From: Candidatus Hodarchaeota archaeon
Lineage (GTDB): Archaea > Asgardarchaeota > Heimdallarchaeia > Hodarchaeales > Hodarchaeaceae
Direction of reading: 5' to 3'
NCBI GenBank assembly: GCA_016839815.1
Contig: JAEOTM010000038.1
Location: forward strand, 1 to 64,000
Length of the DNA stretch: 64,000 nt
The number at the start of each line of letters is the position of its first letter. The stretch's first letter is position 1. The position numbers and the translations under genes are program-made. The notes below the pieces were generated by a model, which was not told the origin of the DNA, did not search any database, and worked only from the letters and a program-made list of their open reading frames with translations. This document shows positions 18,874 through 28,859 of the stretch, piece after piece.

Positions 18874-20628
18874 GTGCTGATACAAGGTAAATTGTTCTCA
18901 GTCAAAAACAAACTTTCATTCTTTCTCATCGTTTTCTTATTCCCCTTTGTGACTCATGTTACCACAGGTTCATCCACATCTGACTTTTCAGGTTTAGAAG
19001 CTAAGTTAAATGCGATTAAAGAGTCGTATAATATTCCTACAGTGCATGTGGCGATTACACGTAATCGAGAGGTTCTCTGGACTAAGGGAATAGGGAATCA
19101 AGTTTCCCCTGAAACGGTTTTCTTGATAGCTTCCATCCAAAAACCATTTGTGGCAACTGCAATTCTTCAATTATATGAACAGGGATTAGTGGACTTAGAT
19201 ACGGATATTTCTGACTATTTACCCTTTGAGGTCCGCCACCCTTCCTATCCTGAGGAGGATATAACTTTGCGGATGCTCCTAACCCATACTTCAGGGCTTG
19301 CTTCTGTCTTATATTACGAATTTTACTGGGACACCGAAGGGAAGTTTTCTACTTATAGAGGAGAGTTTAATCCTTCTGTGCTTACTATGGATCTTGGTCA
19401 GTTTCTGAATGAATCATTTACACCAGGAGGGGCAAATTATTATTCAAGTGTTTGGATTCATCGACCTGGGGAGCGGTATTCCTATTCTAATCCAGGTTTT
19501 AAGTTGTTGCACTATCTAGTGGAATGTGTAACTCAAGAATCTTTTGAAGACTATCTTCAAGAAAATGTCTTTACCCCTTTACAGATGGTCAATTCAGGTA
19601 TTAATGCCACAAATTTCACTAGTAATCATGCAACACCCTTTACCAGACGATTTGGGGTTATAGAAGAACTTGAAATTTATTCTTCTTGGCAGATTCGTTC
19701 TTCTGCTACCGATATGGCTCATTTCTTAATTGCTCATTTGAATAAGGGCCATTATGAGGATCAGCAAATCTTACAGTCCTCATCTGTGGCTTTGATGCAT
19801 TCTGAAACCATCCGTTATTCTGAACATAGGAATGATCTCTTCCAAGATGTTAATAATTATCGATTCTATCAACATTCCTATGGTTTGGGTTGGAGTTATT
19901 TTCATGATGAATTTGAGGGCCATGGCGGATCTACCCCAGGTTTTATTTCAGTCATGGCTGGCCGTAGTTCACCTGATGGTAGTAGTGTGGGAATTATTCT
20001 GTTTATGAATCTCAATGCTTTATTTGGCTCGTCTGATGATATTACCGAGGTTCATTCTGCATATTATCAACTTGTTAATACTGTCTTATTTGATCTAAAT
20101 CTGATCCCATTTGTTAATCAAGAATTTGTGGATCTGTACATTTTCTTTGCAACGATTTGGTTAACCTTCTGTCTGATCATCTATACAACTGTTCAACTTC
20201 TTGATAAGGAGCCCATTACTACCCGGTACTATTCTTGGGGGGGTAATAGTCACTTTAAAATCCTTCCTCTTGTTTTTGGGTTAATTGCAGTAATAATTGG
20301 GATCAATTTCTTCTCTTATAATGATTGGAGGCGTGTTCTCCTTTTTGTCCCCTCTGCTGGTTACTTTGGTGTACTCTTCATTACTAATATCTTTTTCAGC
20401 TCAAATCACCAAGATAAATTTTCTCCTCTCTTCCATAATTTTAAAAGTATGAATTCCGTTTTTTTGTTGAATTCGTGGATAATTCTCAATCTTATTGGTT
20501 TAGGCTTGTATAATTCTTATTATTCATTTTTTTTTCCCCTTATTCCTGGTATTCTTTGCATTTGCTCCATTTTACTAATTTTATTTTCCACTCTTTATTG
20601 GTTAAAAGAAAAAAAGAGTCAGGTTTAG
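18874..20628 (+). CDS. Beta-lactamase/AmpC-like serine hydrolase with C-terminal multi-TM domain
   Basis: SxxK (ASIQK), LLTHTSGL, YSN, HGGSTPG; about six hydrophobic helices after residue ~420. Confidence 0.9.
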   Translation: MLIQGKLFSVKNKLSFFLIVFLFPFVTHVTTGSSTSDFSGLEAKLNAIKESYNIPTVHVAITRNREVLWTKGIGNQVSPETVFLIASIQKPFVATAILQLYEQGLVDLDTDISDYLPFEVRHPSYPEEDITLRMLLTHTSGLASVLYYEFYWDTEGKFSTYRGEFNPSVLTMDLGQFLNESFTPGGANYYSSVWIHRPGERYSYSNPGFKLLHYLVECVTQESFEDYLQENVFTPLQMVNSGINATNFTSNHATPFTRRFGVIEELEIYSSWQIRSSATDMAHFLIAHLNKGHYEDQQILQSSSVALMHSETIRYSEHRNDLFQDVNNYRFYQHSYGLGWSYFHDEFEGHGGSTPGFISVMAGRSSPDGSSVGIILFMNLNALFGSSDDITEVHSAYYQLVNTVLFDLNLIPFVNQEFVDLYIFFATIWLTFCLIIYTTVQLLDKEPITTRYYSWGGNSHFKILPLVFGLIAVIIGINFFSYNDWRRVLLFVPSAGYFGVLFITNIFFSSNHQDKFSPLFHNFKSMNSVFLLNSWIILNLIGLGLYNSYYSFFFPLIPGILCICSILLILFSTLYWLKEKKSQV

Positions 20629-20735
20629 TATAGTAAGGAACAATTTAACTTTCCAGAGGATTTGTTTTGAGAATAGCTCGGTCGATTCTTGAAAAATCGG
20701 GCCAGAGAATCTTGTATTTTTAATTCTGTTTTATA

Positions 20736-21128
20736 TTAGAATTCTTCTTCTGAATTAGCAAGAATTTCAATATTTTCGTCTATCTCGGGTAGGATTAACT
20801 TCATATTACCTACCATAATAATAGGTCGTGTAACAATCTCATACAGTGTAGTATCAGCTGGAATATTGATTAAATAGGTTTTACTCATAAAATAATTTAC
20901 TGTTAAACCTATTAATACAAAAGGTCCACCAAATAGTATATATCCCCAACCACTCACTTCTAAAAACCAAATTGTATATTCTATAAAACTAGTTGGATTT
21001 CTAGATACGTTAGACAAATACTGAAGAAACTGGAATGCAAAATAGGGGAGAAAGGTCCATTTCACAATTTTAATAATCGATAAATACCCAGGACTCGAAG
21101 AAGAATAAGAATTATGATTTTGGGTCAT
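20736..21128 (-). CDS. Hypothetical membrane protein
   Basis: Two hydrophobic segments; GAGGAG SD upstream of the start. Confidence 0.6.
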   Translation of the reverse strand: MTQNHNSYSSSSPGYLSIIKIVKWTFLPYFAFQFLQYLSNVSRNPTSFIEYTIWFLEVSGWGYILFGGPFVLIGLTVNYFMSKTYLINIPADTTLYEIVTRPIIMVGNMKLILPEIDENIEILANSEEEF

Positions 21129-21217
21129 AGTTTACTCCTCCTCTGGTGAGTAAATCTTTGATTATAATAAATCCTTTGATCTTCGTTTTTTCATTCTTTG
21201 GTAGGATTTTCACAATA

Positions 21218-21526
21218 TCATTTCTTACTGCTTGGAGCAAATTGTTTTGCTTCTTCAGCATATCCAATCCATGATTCCAGTGAACTAGGAGGGATGATTA
21301 CCCATTCTTTCATGTACTTTCCTGTACCAGGATCATAAGGTAAACCCTTACCTGTATCTATGAGTATATTTACTCTTTCTTCAGGTAACTTTACCACAAA
21401 TTGATCGTTCTTAGTCCACATGGCAAACATTTTCCTATTCTTCTTTAATGAGTTCCCCTGTTTTTTAACATCAGGTATTTGTAGAAAATGATCCATTAAT
21501 TTCATAAATTTATCTTGTGCTGACAT
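21218..21526 (-). CDS. TfoX/MmcQ-like small protein
   Basis: KMFAM...FVVKLPEERV...PGTGKYMKEWVII...W...EEAKQF. Confidence 0.7.
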   Translation of the reverse strand: MSAQDKFMKLMDHFLQIPDVKKQGNSLKKNRKMFAMWTKNDQFVVKLPEERVNILIDTGKGLPYDPGTGKYMKEWVIIPPSSLESWIGYAEEAKQFAPSSKK

Positions 21527-21698
21527 TTAATTCACTCATCAGAGGTCTACATCTGAAATTTTCCATCTTCTGCAATAATGGCATAGTAGAAATGAATGAT
21601 CAGTGATCGGTCAAAGTACAGATTTCTTGGTTTATTCAGTTGGTATTCTGTATCTGTTTCAGGATGTTTAAAAGGTTACGTATCTATGTTAAGAAAAT

Positions 21699-22346
21699 AT
21701 GTCCCAGCCTCCTGATTCCCTCATCTATACTCATTTCAATATTCTTACCGAGACAGGAGATTCGTATACAATAAATGTTCCTTATTTCTGCCAGGGTTGT
21801 GGAAATTGTTGTCGAAATACATCTTTTCCAGATCCAGAGCACTTTGAGTCATTAATCCATTCTTCTGCTGAAATAATGGAATTTTTACAGAATTTAAATC
21901 AGAAAATATCTTCTTTTCTTGATTCAAACCTCCTCACGGATTTAAAACGTAGAAAACCTTGTATATTTCTAACGAATAACTCATGCTCAATCTACCCTAA
22001 AAGACCTTCTTATTGCCGAAATTGGTTTCCTAGATTGGAGGCAGACTGTGGAGCGTTTAACCTTCATCTGGGCATGAGTAAGGCCCTCCTTTATGACCAC
22101 AATTATCAGATTGGAACACGAGAAGTTATATATATTGGACAAAAGAATCCACATTCCTCCTCACCCTTCTACCCTCATGTTAAATGTCTAGAAAAACTCT
22201 CTAGAGATTCTTTAATTGGATACCAATTTCCCAAGAGGAGTGAGGCTGCTAAATACTGGAATATATTTCTCTCCTTTAAGCCCAGTAGACTTGGGAAACA
22301 AATATTCCTTGTTCTTAATCCAGGTATTAAGATTGGTATCGAGTAA
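21699..22346 (+). CDS. YkgJ family cysteine-cluster (CxxCxxCC) protein
   Basis: CQGCGNCC...PCIFL...CSIYPKRPSYCRNWFP. Confidence 0.88.
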   Translation: MSQPPDSLIYTHFNILTETGDSYTINVPYFCQGCGNCCRNTSFPDPEHFESLIHSSAEIMEFLQNLNQKISSFLDSNLLTDLKRRKPCIFLTNNSCSIYPKRPSYCRNWFPRLEADCGAFNLHLGMSKALLYDHNYQIGTREVIYIGQKNPHSSSPFYPHVKCLEKLSRDSLIGYQFPKRSEAAKYWNIFLSFKPSRLGKQIFLVLNPGIKIGIE

Positions 22347-22366
22347 AGAAGAGGAAGAAGAATAGC

Positions 22367-24808
22367 TCATTTTACTATAGCTTGTAACTCTACTTGGCAA
22401 GTTGGACAAATCACTATTGAAGATTGGACTCTGTAGACCACCCCACACGACGGACATACTGCTAAATATTGAATATCCTGTACGTTTACTGTGGGTTTGA
22501 AGGAATAGCTATACTGATTTGTTTTTCTATACGCTGATTTGGTTCTTCTTCTCATGATCCATAAGCTAATACCTCCCACTATTGCTAATCCAAATACTCC
22601 CATTATAATCATATCATAGTTGTCCGTTTGAGGAGTCGATGAAGGAGGTCGTGGGTGATTAAGAGGTTCTACCTCAATAATCTGTCCTGGGGATATCACT
22701 TCAGATATATTACTAGGTGGATCCAAATCTGAAAATTTGACTAGATAAGCTAAGGGTGTATCTTGAAATGAGTATTGCCAGTTACTTGGTTCAATGATTG
22801 ATAGTTTAGCTAGACATTCCCACCTTTGAGTAGGTAGAAGTGCCTCAATTTGCTGAAATAATGCCTCGTATGGAAGATCTAAGACTGTAAACTCCAATCC
22901 TTCCCTGAACTGTTGACTCCACTTTAGCACAAAAGAATCAGAGTGATCGATCATTTGTAACTGAAACGTTACTGTTTCTAACTCAGGAATATCAAAAGCG
23001 AGAACAAGCTGGATATCATCGATCTTAGTATTATTGTTTGCATCAGTGAAAAACATATTTGCGCATCCTATGAACTCAACCAATGCATTGGATGTTGAAT
23101 ATGTGGCTTTCAAATCAAAATTTCCACTCCCTTGATAGGCATGGATTATAAGAATAAATGATTCTGCGCCCTCATATGCTGTATAACTGATTGTTTCAGG
23201 GTAGTCCTCCAAATAAGATTCGCCCAACAAATTCACTTCGAAATCAACCAAATAAAAATCGAAATCAGTATTCGGAGGTCCTGAAAGGGTAAGAGTGACT
23301 TTCTCATTCCAATGCAGAGAGAGGAAAATCAGAATTATTTCATTCTCTTCAATTCTTCTTGATATTCTTGGATTGTCATGTGAAAGAATTGTATCTGAGG
23401 TATCAAAGGTACCAGCTTCATTGTACATTCTAGCTACTGCTTTATCCCATCCTGTGTCTTTGGCAAATGATGATACATCTGAATAATCCTCAATCCAAAG
23501 GTCTGAACTCCACGGAGAATAAATAGTTAATCCGCTGCATCGAGTTAGCACTGATGTATTGAACCATTGAAACAAAAGGGTATGTTCCAGTTGATTTCTA
23601 AGATTTATATTAAAAGAACTTGTTGCTCCCGGACTTATTGTCTCGATAACTTGGAGAACATACCAGACATCTATTTGTTCTAATAAACTATATTCACTAA
23701 CAAGAGTTAGTGCTGTACAGACTTCTGTTATCTGATTACTATTCATATTAAGTATGACTTCTGCTAGATCAGCAAGATAATCACTTAATTCTTGAATTTG
23801 TGTTAGATCAATGACACCTAGTTGAGTAACCTCCATGGATAACTCAGGAGTGCTAACAAGATTATCGATTGTTTCCTCTACAATCAACATAGCACAGGTT
23901 TCTGGATCGTAATTAGTGGGGATCCCGAGTGAAATATGGAATCCTAACTCCTCCAAAAATCCCAAATAGTAAAACCCAGAGAGACCTAGAGAATCTTCTG
24001 AGGCTACCATGTACTGGGCATAGTTCCGAATTGCATATGCGACTTCAACGCACCCCATTAAACAGGCATCAAATGCAATAACATCAATGGGCTCTGGAGC
24101 TTCTGAGAGAGCAGTTTGCATCTCTTCTTCTGTTAGAGAATCGCCAAATGATCGATCATCCCAACATACGTTTTTTTGGCGTGTTTGGATCGATCTTTGC
24201 AGTCCTTGTGGTAAAATTGGGTAATTTCTTTGATCACTTGAAGTATAATCTCTCCAATCTGTGATTCCAGTTTCCCATCCGAGACCATGATTCCACAATA
24301 TCAAGCAATAATTATCCGCTGGATATTGATTCATTGAGTAACCAATAAAATCACTCAATGTCTGAGCCTCTCCCATATTTCTTTCTTCACTTCCATTTTC
24401 TAAATTAATGAATGCACCCCCTGCTCCAGGAATTCGGAACCGTTGGGTTGTATTATAATTTATATTATCCATTTCTTGTATTAAACAAGAATCCCAGCCA
24501 TCAAATTCCACCACAAGGCATACTTCCGACCCAAAGTTCGCATACTTCATTTCATTTAAATCTGTTGCTCCAGCCATCTCTAAATTATTATCAGCGGCCA
24601 TATAGATCATAATTGTCCATTTGAAATTCGTTTCCACAACATTTTTCTCATCTGAAATTGAAGTTATCATCAATTCGGAATTCACAGATTCAATCATAGT
24701 ATTAGCTTCAGATGTGGTTGGATTATTTGTAATTGTCATACTTACCAGGGGTAGGCTTAGAAAGCCACAAAGAAAGATTACTGTTTTTAGTGCTAGGTGT
24801 TTATTCAT
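22367..24808 (-). CDS. Clostripain-family (C11) cysteine peptidase with PPC-like domain, TM helix and C-terminal zinc ribbon
   Basis: WTIMIYMAADNNLE; catalytic His in LWNHGLGW; catalytic Cys in FDACLMG; TDFDFYL (PPC-like); TM IIMGVFGLAIVGGISLWIM then RRR; CPSC...CPTC. Confidence 0.92.
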   Translation of the reverse strand: MNKHLALKTVIFLCGFLSLPLVSMTITNNPTTSEANTMIESVNSELMITSISDEKNVVETNFKWTIMIYMAADNNLEMAGATDLNEMKYANFGSEVCLVVEFDGWDSCLIQEMDNINYNTTQRFRIPGAGGAFINLENGSEERNMGEAQTLSDFIGYSMNQYPADNYCLILWNHGLGWETGITDWRDYTSSDQRNYPILPQGLQRSIQTRQKNVCWDDRSFGDSLTEEEMQTALSEAPEPIDVIAFDACLMGCVEVAYAIRNYAQYMVASEDSLGLSGFYYLGFLEELGFHISLGIPTNYDPETCAMLIVEETIDNLVSTPELSMEVTQLGVIDLTQIQELSDYLADLAEVILNMNSNQITEVCTALTLVSEYSLLEQIDVWYVLQVIETISPGATSSFNINLRNQLEHTLLFQWFNTSVLTRCSGLTIYSPWSSDLWIEDYSDVSSFAKDTGWDKAVARMYNEAGTFDTSDTILSHDNPRISRRIEENEIILIFLSLHWNEKVTLTLSGPPNTDFDFYLVDFEVNLLGESYLEDYPETISYTAYEGAESFILIIHAYQGSGNFDLKATYSTSNALVEFIGCANMFFTDANNNTKIDDIQLVLAFDIPELETVTFQLQMIDHSDSFVLKWSQQFREGLEFTVLDLPYEALFQQIEALLPTQRWECLAKLSIIEPSNWQYSFQDTPLAYLVKFSDLDPPSNISEVISPGQIIEVEPLNHPRPPSSTPQTDNYDMIIMGVFGLAIVGGISLWIMRRRTKSAYRKTNQYSYSFKPTVNVQDIQYLAVCPSCGVVYRVQSSIVICPTCQVELQAIVK

Positions 24809-25074
24809 GTCTCTGCCACCTCATTTCATTTTTGGGGAATCCACGCATTATTCTCCAGAGTTATCCCGATTTTCTCACTGGAGATAAAAAGAATTCTCGA
24901 AGATACTTCATTCGTTTACAATGAGAAACTCCGATGAACTAATTACTTACGAAAGAACATTCTGTACCATTGATGCCTATATCTAGCGCTCAAGTAAATC
25001 TTTCAATCACACTGTATTCTGTGACTAATGAACTTTCCCCTATAATGAACCCCTAAATACAAATTGATGACCAA

Positions 25075-28000
25075 ATGCGCTTAAATAAATCTCTAGTGCG
25101 TCAACATTCTTTATGTTGGATGCTTATCTCATTTTTCATAGTCATTTCAGTGTTCATAGTCTATCAGACTCCCAAAAGGGCTACTACTAATACTTTATTA
25201 ACGAATTTGGATACAGATTCAAGTCTTGAAGAAATCTCTATCAAGGTACAGGATCAAATTAATTATGGTTACTATGTTGATCAAATAAATGCCATTTACT
25301 TTCAGAACATTAGAAATCACATCGGTAACTTTTCTAATATGAGGAGTCGTGTTACAGGTTATCCCGGATATGACCTTGCTGTTGACTATATTGAAAATTT
25401 CTTTACTAAACAAAATTTATCAAGCATTCAAACATTTTCATATCCTCATATTGCTCCTTTTGATCAGGGAACGCAGATTACTATTGCTGGTACAAATTAT
25501 ACCGCTCATGCTCTTGTACCCAATTCCGTTCATACTAGTGGAACTCCTTCAACTGGATTATCTGGACCATTAATATATGGTGGTTCAGGACAATATTCCG
25601 AATTAGAGGGGAAGAAGATTAATGGCGCAATAATTGTTCTTGAATTTAACTCTCAAGATAACTGGATAAATTTAGTAAGTCTGGGAGCTAAAGCAGTAAT
25701 CTATTTGGCTCCTGAGAACACCAATCGACATGAGGGAGAAACTAAGTCCATTGATATTCCTCTTGAATTTCCTCGCGTTTATATTGACAATCGATCAGTA
25801 GCTGGGACGATACGAACATTGAGTAATCAAATGAATCAAAATGTAACTGTTTATTCTAAGATTAAATGGAAATCTTTTACAGCCCAGAATGTTATAGGGG
25901 TTCTACCTGGGTTGGATGAAGATATTATTTGTATTTCTGCATATTTTGATTCTTCGTCTTTTGTACCAGCTCTCTCCCCTGGAGCTGATGAGGCTTGCGG
26001 GATTGCTACTCTCTTAGAGCTTATTCATATTTTCAAAGCTAACAATATTGTGCCACAAAAAACATTGATGTTTTTGGCTTTATCTGGACACAATCAAGCG
26101 GCAATAGGGGCAAGAGAATTTGTTTATCATCACTATGATCAACTCAATCAGAAGGGGGGAATCAAATTCTTCTTATCTCTCGACTTATCTGCTTCCACCA
26201 CTAGCATTGGTATTAATCCTTACGGATACTTGTACAAATATAAACTCCGATACACTACTGGGAATAATATGTATAGACGATTGAAGAGTATTGGGGATCT
26301 CTTTCTCCAGTATGCTTCTGAAATCGGATCAGATGCAGATTATTCATTTAATGTCGAATCATATGTTAATATTGAAGATATGTTCGAAAATATTGCTCCT
26401 ATCACATTTGTTGGTGATCAAGAACCATTTATCGCTTCTAATGTGTTAGCATTATCGCTTTTTTCCGCCGATTCGTCTCGTCGTCGAGTTTCCACTCCTT
26501 TTGATGTACCTAATTCTCTCACATATGATAATCTCAAAGGCCAAATCATCTATTCAATCTGTGCAATACTTCAACTAACTAATGATAGCCAACTTGATAA
26601 TTATCTTGATATGCAACCCAAAGAGTTTTCTGTAAAACCTAATCGGCATGTTGGATTTGGAGTGATCACAGGTTCATGTAAAACTTACGATGAAACCTCC
26701 TTAACCGTTGATACTGTTCCAAATGCCCTCATTCGTGTTACTTCGAAGGACCCCCTCACAGGTCGATCTGGTTATTATGCCTACTATACTATGACTGATG
26801 AGAATGGGTTTTATTCTATTAAAGGAGTTTCCTCCTCTCAACCCGATAATCCTCTCGAGTTTCATATAGAGGCGTACTCAATTGATAATGAAGGAAAATT
26901 AGTTCTAGCCAATAATCTTGGATCTTTTGGAGTTTATTTCGATCAATCCAAAGAATTAGTAACTAAAGAGATAACGATTAATCCAACTGTATTTACTTGT
27001 GGTACTCTTGGCCTTTTTCAGGTTTCTCATCCTTATGAAAGGACACATTCCACCTCGGATCTTTCATATCAAGTTGTAGATCCTATCTCACGAGCATCTC
27101 ACTCATCCTATGGGTTTACAAGTCTGAACTCTATAAGCTTAATATTTATTTCACCTAATACTCCTGCTAGTCTCTTAGGAACGTTTACTGATGATGTTTC
27201 AGCTGTTTACGCAACTAATTCTAGTGCTGACGCTCTTCGAGGCAATGGTTTTCAAGTAACAACTGGAGAATTTAGGAATTTGGGCCTTTCTTCATTAATT
27301 ACTTCGGAAGATCTTCATTCATTAACAAGAATCTATGTCAATTGGTATTCGTCGCATGGGATTTACGATCATAAAGTTGAAGCATCCTTTCAACAAGTTT
27401 CCAATCAACTCATTAACGTCAGAAATCTACTAGACGCATCTAAATACTCAGAAGCGTTAACTGAAATAAGTGTACTACGTGATATGACTATTGCCTCCCT
27501 TAACCATGCACGAAGTATTCTAGATGATAGTCGAAATACAGCCTTGCTTTTTGCACTTTTTCTGATTCCCTTCTCGCTTACTTTAGCTAATTTTCTGTTT
27601 GATTTCACTTCTGATTTAAAATGGCTTCTTGGTTCATGTATTACTTACGGTTTGACCTTCGGCTTCTTCTATTTGATCCATCCAGGATTTCAGGTAGCTC
27701 CCCATCTCATATTCTCTCTCCTTGGTTTGTTTAATGTGCTCTCTGTTCTTCTCATTTTTTATGTATTTTCGCTAGAAGTTTTCGGTTTTCTTAAACATCT
27801 TCGCAATAAAACTCTTGGCTCCCATTTCATTCAATCAAATCAAACAGGGGTACTATTCGTTGCGTTAAAAACTGGAATTCTTCGAATGAAAAGACAAAAA
27901 TCCCGTACCATACTAAATTTTTCTGGAATCGCCCTTTTGACGTTTTCTTTAACCCTTTTCACCTCCACTCGCTCTCAGGTCGATAATAATGTTCTGGAGG

Positions 28001-28836
28001 TAACGATCCCCGTTTCCATTGCCATTCTTCTCATTAGTAACACTTCTTTAAGTACCGTTGTCGATTCGAAAAAAGAAATCTCTATTTTCACCTCATTAGG
28101 AGTATCTCCATCAAGTATACTTGGAATTTTCCTAGCAGAATTCTTCATGCATGCAATTATTGGTTCTCTTATTGGATATATGGGAGGAGTCGTTTTTATT
28201 AGATTCGCTTCAACTGTTGGACTACTAACAAATTCTTTTTCGGTGAATTATTCTTCTAGTGCTGTTATTTTATCTCTTTTATTTAGCGGTTTGGGGGTCC
28301 TTGTAAGTTTGATTGCTCCTCTTAGACAATCTAGTTTGATCTCTGTCCCTTCCAAAAAGAGAGTCTGGCAAATTAAATCATCTCCTGAAGGTGATGGAAC
28401 TATTTGGAATATCCATTTACCTTTTGTCGCTGCGAACGAAAGAGAGGTTGAAGGAATCCTAGTTTTTCTCAGAGAGTTTTTCCTCATCTATGAATCAGAA
28501 AGTGTAGGAGGACCCTTTTTTATGCGTGCTCCGATAACTTTCAAGAATAAGGCTGGTATAGAAAAGCAACTTCACACAACTGTTAATCTAGCTCCCTTTG
28601 ACATGGGAATAATTCAAAAAATTGTGATTTCAGCTTACTATGATGAGGTCAGAGATCACTGGAAGCTTCTCTTCAGATTAACACGAGAAGAAGGAGTTTT
28701 ACAGGCCTGGCAAGCGTTAGTTAAACGATTTATTGGCGTTATGAGGCAGCAATTATTACTCTGGAAGGTACTGTCGAATGGAGAGAAGGATCGTTGTAGT
28801 GAAGAATTCTCTCACCAATATCAGCAAGATAACTAG
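25075..28836 (+). CDS. M28/PA-domain ectodomain fused to FtsX-like ABC permease domain
   Basis: SRVTGYPG; PA domain (GPLIYGGSG...GAKAVI); SAYFDS, PGADEACG; multi-TM region; KKEISIFTSLGVSP...FLAE (FtsX). Confidence 0.85.
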   Translation: MRLNKSLVRQHSLCWMLISFFIVISVFIVYQTPKRATTNTLLTNLDTDSSLEEISIKVQDQINYGYYVDQINAIYFQNIRNHIGNFSNMRSRVTGYPGYDLAVDYIENFFTKQNLSSIQTFSYPHIAPFDQGTQITIAGTNYTAHALVPNSVHTSGTPSTGLSGPLIYGGSGQYSELEGKKINGAIIVLEFNSQDNWINLVSLGAKAVIYLAPENTNRHEGETKSIDIPLEFPRVYIDNRSVAGTIRTLSNQMNQNVTVYSKIKWKSFTAQNVIGVLPGLDEDIICISAYFDSSSFVPALSPGADEACGIATLLELIHIFKANNIVPQKTLMFLALSGHNQAAIGAREFVYHHYDQLNQKGGIKFFLSLDLSASTTSIGINPYGYLYKYKLRYTTGNNMYRRLKSIGDLFLQYASEIGSDADYSFNVESYVNIEDMFENIAPITFVGDQEPFIASNVLALSLFSADSSRRRVSTPFDVPNSLTYDNLKGQIIYSICAILQLTNDSQLDNYLDMQPKEFSVKPNRHVGFGVITGSCKTYDETSLTVDTVPNALIRVTSKDPLTGRSGYYAYYTMTDENGFYSIKGVSSSQPDNPLEFHIEAYSIDNEGKLVLANNLGSFGVYFDQSKELVTKEITINPTVFTCGTLGLFQVSHPYERTHSTSDLSYQVVDPISRASHSSYGFTSLNSISLIFISPNTPASLLGTFTDDVSAVYATNSSADALRGNGFQVTTGEFRNLGLSSLITSEDLHSLTRIYVNWYSSHGIYDHKVEASFQQVSNQLINVRNLLDASKYSEALTEISVLRDMTIASLNHARSILDDSRNTALLFALFLIPFSLTLANFLFDFTSDLKWLLGSCITYGLTFGFFYLIHPGFQVAPHLIFSLLGLFNVLSVLLIFYVFSLEVFGFLKHLRNKTLGSHFIQSNQTGVLFVALKTGILRMKRQKSRTILNFSGIALLTFSLTLFTSTRSQVDNNVLEVTIPVSIAILLISNTSLSTVVDSKKEISIFTSLGVSPSSILGIFLAEFFMHAIIGSLIGYMGGVVFIRFASTVGLLTNSFSVNYSSSAVILSLLFSGLGVLVSLIAPLRQSSLISVPSKKRVWQIKSSPEGDGTIWNIHLPFVAANEREVEGILVFLREFFLIYESESVGGPFFMRAPITFKNKAGIEKQLHTTVNLAPFDMGIIQKIVISAYYDEVRDHWKLLFRLTREEGVLQAWQALVKRFIGVMRQQLLLWKVLSNGEKDRCSEEFSHQYQQDN

Positions 28837-28859
28837 GATTAACCATAAATGAACTTTTC

